A DNA stretch of 64,000 nucleotides from contig JBBRSP010000003.1 of NCBI GenBank assembly GCA_038245295.1, positions 288,001 to 352,000 on the forward strand. Reading direction: 5' to 3'. Of this stretch, positions 59,335 through 64,000 are shown piece by piece (the stretch's first letter is position 1; each line of letters starts with the position of its first letter). This DNA is from Candidatus Binatia bacterium (GTDB lineage Bacteria > Desulfobacterota > Binatia > HRBIN30). The translations under genes were made by a program, and so were the position numbers. Below the pieces are notes generated by a model. That model was not told the DNA's origin. It searched no databases and saw only the letters and a list, made by a program, of their open reading frames with translations.

Positions 59335-60753
59335 CTACTTCTTGCTACCGGCACGTCGGGCATCGAGCGCTTGGGCGCTTGCAGCCTTGCTCAGCTCGTT
59401 GCGCTGTCGCTCTTGACCAGGCCCGTTGAAGGCGGCGGCGACGTTGTCCTTGAGCTTGTCGGCCTCCTTGAGCTGAGCGCTGACGGCCGGCGAACTGAGG
59501 TGGGCGTTCATGCGCTCCGCGTCGGCGCGGAACTCTTCGACGCTTTTGATTGCGCCGTCGCGATCTCCGGCTTGCACCTGCCGCGCCACCGCATCTTGCA
59601 TCTTGTTGTAACTGTCGACGATGACGGCTCGGCCCCAGGCGCCCGGTTCTACATGGTCGTAGAACTCGCCTTCGCCGGCGACACAGGCGATTTTCGGGAG
59701 CGCGTCGAGATTCAGTACGGCTCGCGTCGCGCCGTTGCCGTATGACAAGGCGAACACGCCGAGGTCGGCCTCGCCGAGGACAGCGTGTGGCACGGCGAGC
59801 GTCACCCAGACGCGGCGTTGCTGGCCGGCAAAGAGCGACCCGGGGTGGAAGGTGACTTGTCCATCATGTGTTTCAATCGGGTAGCCGGCCGCGTCGAGTA
59901 CGCGTACTCCCGGAGCCGGATGAATCTCTACGGCCAGACCGCTCGCGATCGTCTCGCGCGCCGCCTGGAACTCGCGGGCGAAGACGTCGGAGAGCGTGTT
60001 TGTGTTCTGGACGTAATAGTAGTTGCCGGTTCCCGCGTCGGCGAGCGATGTCATCAGTTGCTCGTTGAAGTCGGTACCGACGCCGACGGTCGACAGCATG
60101 AACTCGCCCTGCGCCGCGCGGGCCGCACGGCGGCGCAAGCCTTCGGGGCTGGCGTCACCCTGATTCGCCAGACCATCGGAGATGAGCAGCATATGAGGAA
60201 CGTGGTCGCTCTGCCGATTCGCTTCTATGAGAGCGAAGGCGCGGTCGAGCCCACTCGACACGTTGGTGCCGCCGTCGGGTGTCACGGCGGCGAGCCTCCC
60301 GAGGAGCTCTGCCCGTGTGCCGTCATCGACCGTCGTCAAACTGATCGGCACTTCGGAAGTGGTGCTGTAGGTGACCAGGGCGAAGCGGTCGCCGGTGGTC
60401 AATTGCGCCAACAATTCGCGCACCGCGGCTCGGGCGTGGTCGATCTTCTCACCCGACATCGAGCCGGAGCGGTCGAGCACCACGACGAGGTCGGTGGCGT
60501 GGCGGTGGGGCGATTCTGCGGCGGACGCGGCGCCGGCCATGACCAGCTCGAGGCGCACGACACCGTCGGCGCCGCGCAGGACGGCGGTGCGATCCAGTGT
60601 GCCGGTGAACGACACGGGGCCGTTGCCCGCAGCCGCGATTCGCTGCGGCGGCGGTGGCGGTTGACTGCCGACCCCGCGGCCGACGAATCCGGCGAAGCCG
60701 GTCAGCAGCAGTAACCCCGTGGCGATCATGAATTGTACTCGGCGCGATTTCAT
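59335..60753 (-). CDS. membrane-anchored VWA domain protein (YfbK-like)
   Basis: N-terminal TM; DRSGSM MIDAS, GGTN, SDGLAN, GVGTDFNE. Confidence 0.88.
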   Translation of the reverse strand: MKSRRVQFMIATGLLLLTGFAGFVGRGVGSQPPPPPQRIAAAGNGPVSFTGTLDRTAVLRGADGVVRLELVMAGAASAAESPHRHATDLVVVLDRSGSMSGEKIDHARAAVRELLAQLTTGDRFALVTYSTTSEVPISLTTVDDGTRAELLGRLAAVTPDGGTNVSSGLDRAFALIEANRQSDHVPHMLLISDGLANQGDASPEGLRRRAARAAQGEFMLSTVGVGTDFNEQLMTSLADAGTGNYYYVQNTNTLSDVFAREFQAARETIASGLAVEIHPAPGVRVLDAAGYPIETHDGQVTFHPGSLFAGQQRRVWVTLAVPHAVLGEADLGVFALSYGNGATRAVLNLDALPKIACVAGEGEFYDHVEPGAWGRAVIVDSYNKMQDAVARQVQAGDRDGAIKSVEEFRADAERMNAHLSSPAVSAQLKEADKLKDNVAAAFNGPGQERQRNELSKAASAQALDARRAGSKK

Positions 60754-60833
60754 AAGCGTCTCCCTTCGTTCCGTGGTGCGGCGAGCTGTCGCCGTCACTC
60801 GCCGACTACATACGCCCGAGAGCGCGATTCGTT

Positions 60834-60851
60834 TGTAAAAGGACTGTAAAA
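60834..60851. promoter_or_regulatory. OmpR-type direct-repeat operator
   Basis: TGTAAAA-ggac-TGTAAAA (11-bp period) between the divergent VWA and regulator genes. Confidence 0.6.
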
Positions 60852-60910
60852 GCGGGCAGGGCAGAGTGCGGCGCGTTTACTGTAGCCGCGAAATGCGTAC
60901 ACTCGTGGCC

Positions 60911-61597
60911 GTGTCAGCCGAGATTCTCATCGTCGAAGACGAAGCGGTGATTCGCAGCGGCCTGTGTGATCTCCTCGCCCTGCAGGGATACGTCCCCGTC
61001 GCAGTTGGCAACGGCGAACAAGGTCTCGCGCAGGCCCGCGCCAAGGAGCACGCGCTGGTGATTCTCGATGTGATGTTGCCCGAGATGAGCGGCCTCGATG
61101 TCTGCCGGCTGTTACGCGCCGAACGGCCGACGCAGGCAATCCTGCTGCTTACGGCGCGTGGCTCCGAGAGCGATGTGCTCGACGGCTTTCGCAGCGGTGC
61201 CGATGACTACGTCACGAAACCATTCTCTGTCGCCGAGTTGTTGGCGCGTGTTGCCGCGCTGTTGCGGCGCAGCGCTGCGACAACAGCGGACCCTGTCGCC
61301 ACCTTTGTGTTCGGCGCGTGGGCCGTCGATCCACACCAACGGACGGCCTGTAGCGCGGAGTCGAGTGTTGTCTTGAGCAGCCGTGAAGTGGCGCTGCTGG
61401 CATTGCTGGCGCGCGAACGGGGCCGCATCGTCGGTCGGCGGCAGCTGCTCGCGGAAGTCTGGGGCATGCAGCATGTGGAAGCGATCGAGACGCGCACCGT
61501 CGATATGCACGTCGCCAAACTTCGCAAGAAGCTGGCGGCCGGTGGCGTCGACCCGATCGCAACCGTGCGTGGTGAGGGATACCGCTACGGCGGTTGA
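60911..61597 (+). CDS. OmpR-family response regulator
   Basis: ILIVEDE, LDVMLP, GADDYVTKPF, RTVDMHV and TVRGEGY; start GTG 60911 (or ATG 60893). Confidence 0.93.
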   Translation: MSAEILIVEDEAVIRSGLCDLLALQGYVPVAVGNGEQGLAQARAKEHALVILDVMLPEMSGLDVCRLLRAERPTQAILLLTARGSESDVLDGFRSGADDYVTKPFSVAELLARVAALLRRSAATTADPVATFVFGAWAVDPHQRTACSAESSVVLSSREVALLALLARERGRIVGRRQLLAEVWGMQHVEAIETRTVDMHVAKLRKKLAAGGVDPIATVRGEGYRYGG

Positions 61598-61600
61598 GGC

Positions 61601-63361
61601 ATGCGCCGCCTTCGCCTGCGATTCGTCCTATTCGCCCTCGGGCTCTTCGCTCCGATCGCGCTCTTGGTGGAACGCGCCATCAACAGCGTAGCGCTCGAAC
61701 GCAACCTGCGGCACCAGGTGCTCGCCGAGCGTGTCTTCGATGAGACGGAACGGGTCTTGTCGCAATTTCTCGAGCCGCAAGAGCGACAGCCTTTCGACGG
61801 CTACACGCAAACCTCGCACGCCGCGGCTCCCGGGTTTGTCCTCGGCTACTTCGAGATCGGTCCGCAAGGGACAATTCGCACGCAACCGGCGCGCTCGGAA
61901 GCGGCACAACAGGGGCTACTGGCTGCGGTCGAGATTGCGCGCAGGCATTTCGGCGCCGAGCCACGCGCGAACGCAGACGCGGGCCCAGCGCATCTGGCCC
62001 AGGCGCCCGGAACAACCGTGACAGTCGGCAAGGATGCCGACGCGGGCAACGAAGCGCGCGCGCCAGTGTCGGCACCGGCGATCGATGCCTTGCGCTCCCT
62101 CAATAAGGCGGCGGCCGAGCGGCTCGATCGGTTTCGTTCAAGCGACGGGAACGAGTCGATGCAGAAGGCGCGCGGGCAGGGCGAGCCGGGCCCGCGGCAG
62201 GGAGAGAAACAATCCGCCGCGCAATCCGCCGCCGGGGCTGACGAGTTGCCGCCGATGCTCGGCCAGTTGGTCGATGCGCAGACTCTGCTGCTGTACCGCA
62301 CCGTGATTAGAACCACGCAGGGATATCGGCAGGGTGTGATCCTCTCCGTCGCGGCGCTGTGCGCTTCGTTGCGCGAGCAAACGGTGACCGCGCCGGAGCT
62401 CGAGGGATACGCTGAGCTGCAGTGCGGGGCCGCCGGTGAGCTGCCGGCGAAGCGCCTCGGTTATGCCTACGAGCATCGCTTCGCCGATCCCTTCGATGCC
62501 CTGCGGGCCCGATTGCTCTTGCAGCCGCTGCCTGGTGTCGGCGGGGCCGCATACATTTACGCCTTGTGCACCCTGCTCGTGTTGATTGGATCGGTCGGAC
62601 TGCTGGCGCTGTACCGCATGGTGGCGGTGACCATGCGGTACGCCGAGCAGCGGAGCAACTTCGTTGCCGCCGTGTCGCACGAACTGAAGACACCGCTGAC
62701 CGCCATCCGCATGTACGGCGAGATGCTGCGCGACGGGTTGGTGGCGTCCGACGGGAAGCGTCATGAGTATTACCGGCACATCACCGGCGAGGCGGAGCGG
62801 CTCAGTCGACTCATCACCAACGTGCTGGAATTTGCCCGACTCGAGAAAGGCGCGGTGCAACGTGCACCGACCAATGGCAACATCAATGCCGTGGTCGACG
62901 AAGTCGCCGTTTTGCTGCAGCCGCGCCTCGAAGCGGAAGGGTTCACTCTCGTGGTGACCTCGACCGATGGACTGCCGGCCGTGCCGTTCGATCGTGATGG
63001 ACTCATCCAGGTGCTTGCCAACCTCGTCGACAACGCCGCCAAGTATGGCCGCGACGCCGTCGACAAGCGCATCGAGTTGCACACCCAGGTTCGTGACAGC
63101 CGCGTGCGTCTTGCGGTGCGTGATCACGGCCCGGGCGTCACACCGACACAACTCAAAAGGATCTTTGAGGCGTTCTACCGCGGTGAGAACGAGCTGACGC
63201 GCCGGCACAAAGGTACCGGGATCGGCTTGGCTCTGGTGCGTAGCCTGTGCGACGCCATGCAGGCGCAGGTGGAGGCACGCAACCACCCGGACGGCGGTCT
63301 GGTGGTCGAGATCAGCTGGGACAGTGCGGAGCGCGCCGCTCCGCGGCGCCCAGCGCCGTGA
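61601..63361 (+). CDS. sensor histidine kinase
   Basis: Two TM helices, SHELKTPL, NLVDNAAKY, DHGPG and GTGIGL. Confidence 0.93.
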   Translation: MRRLRLRFVLFALGLFAPIALLVERAINSVALERNLRHQVLAERVFDETERVLSQFLEPQERQPFDGYTQTSHAAAPGFVLGYFEIGPQGTIRTQPARSEAAQQGLLAAVEIARRHFGAEPRANADAGPAHLAQAPGTTVTVGKDADAGNEARAPVSAPAIDALRSLNKAAAERLDRFRSSDGNESMQKARGQGEPGPRQGEKQSAAQSAAGADELPPMLGQLVDAQTLLLYRTVIRTTQGYRQGVILSVAALCASLREQTVTAPELEGYAELQCGAAGELPAKRLGYAYEHRFADPFDALRARLLLQPLPGVGGAAYIYALCTLLVLIGSVGLLALYRMVAVTMRYAEQRSNFVAAVSHELKTPLTAIRMYGEMLRDGLVASDGKRHEYYRHITGEAERLSRLITNVLEFARLEKGAVQRAPTNGNINAVVDEVAVLLQPRLEAEGFTLVVTSTDGLPAVPFDRDGLIQVLANLVDNAAKYGRDAVDKRIELHTQVRDSRVRLAVRDHGPGVTPTQLKRIFEAFYRGENELTRRHKGTGIGLALVRSLCDAMQAQVEARNHPDGGLVVEISWDSAERAAPRRPAP

Positions 63362-63414
63362 AACCCACCAATCTCGACTCGACGACGGCCCGCAGCTTGT
63401 GGCATAGGAGCCGC

Positions 63415-63867
63415 ATGCTGAAAGTTGGAGACCGGGTTCCCGATGTAGAAGCTGTGCGCGCCGACGGCAAACCATTTCGCCTGAAGGACTACCGCGGCAA
63501 ACGCAGCGTCGTGTTGTACTTCTTCCCCAAAGACTTCACGCCCGGCTGCACTAAAGAGGCGTGTACGTTCCGCGACCGCAACGCCGAAGTGGGCGAACTC
63601 GACGCCGAAGTGATCGGTGTCAGCACCGACACGGCCGACAAGCACGCTGAGTTCGCCAAGCACTACAACCTGCCGTTCACGCTGGTGAGCGATCGTGATG
63701 CCTCACTGGCGGCGGCGTTTGGTGTCTCGCGCCTGGGCGGCTGGCTACCCAGCAAGCGCGTGACGTTCGTCATCGACAAGGATGGCGTCGTGCGCAACGT
63801 CATCCAGAGCGAGTTCAACATCGACAAGCACGTGCAGGAAGCCATCGACTCGCTCAAGATCGTGTGA
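63415..63867 (+). CDS. bcp: peroxiredoxin (BCP/PrxQ)
   Basis: YFFPKDFTPGCTKEACTFRD; AGGAG RBS. Confidence 0.9.
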   Translation: MLKVGDRVPDVEAVRADGKPFRLKDYRGKRSVVLYFFPKDFTPGCTKEACTFRDRNAEVGELDAEVIGVSTDTADKHAEFAKHYNLPFTLVSDRDASLAAAFGVSRLGGWLPSKRVTFVIDKDGVVRNVIQSEFNIDKHVQEAIDSLKIV

Positions 63868-63888
63868 GACTGCCCCCGGCAGGGAGCG

Positions 63889-63944
63889 TCCCCTCTGCCG
63901 GCTCGAATGGACCGACAACACCTGGGAGAGGGTTGGGGTGAGGG
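63889..63944. repeat. REP-like element
   Basis: CCCCTCT...GGGAGAGGGTTGGGGTGAGGG intergenic motif. Confidence 0.4.
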
Positions 63945-64000
63945 TTGGTCGGCGGATCCAATCTGCATCGGCTCCGGACCCTCACTGCTAACGACTCCCC

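Noticed and set aside
62138..63475. 445-aa antisense ORF
   Set aside because: Shadow of the histidine kinase gene.

Overview
GC-rich bacterial chromosomal segment. The gene content resembles Deltaproteobacteria-type (possibly Candidatus Binatia) genomes, but that is inference only. It has about 57 coding regions. I found no rRNA, tRNA, CRISPR array, prophage or intact transposase. A housekeeping core (purK-purE, proS, kdsB-pyrG-kdsA-kdsD, two LpxL-type acyltransferases with a ferritin-like gene between them) is surrounded by envelope and stress accessory loci. The best candidate for an undescribed system is a tightly coupled six-gene minus-strand operon (35774-43969) behind a sigma54-type promoter. 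It encodes an Npt/NTT-like nucleotide transporter, an exported protein, an NTT-HEAT fusion, a tandem cNMP-fold protein, a signal-peptide-bearing atypical kinase and a lipoprotein metallophosphoesterase, which suggests extracytoplasmic phosphorylation fed by nucleotide transport. Other highlights: two different PspA/IM30 modules, each with its own two-component system; four small genes, three of them missing from the ORF track, all behind sigma54 motifs; an exosortase pair; a 2952-aa isopeptide-domain adhesin that may share a C-terminal domain with its neighbour; and a MITE/REP cluster abutting a 5'-truncated histidine kinase. All family assignments come from motif recognition by eye, not database searches.
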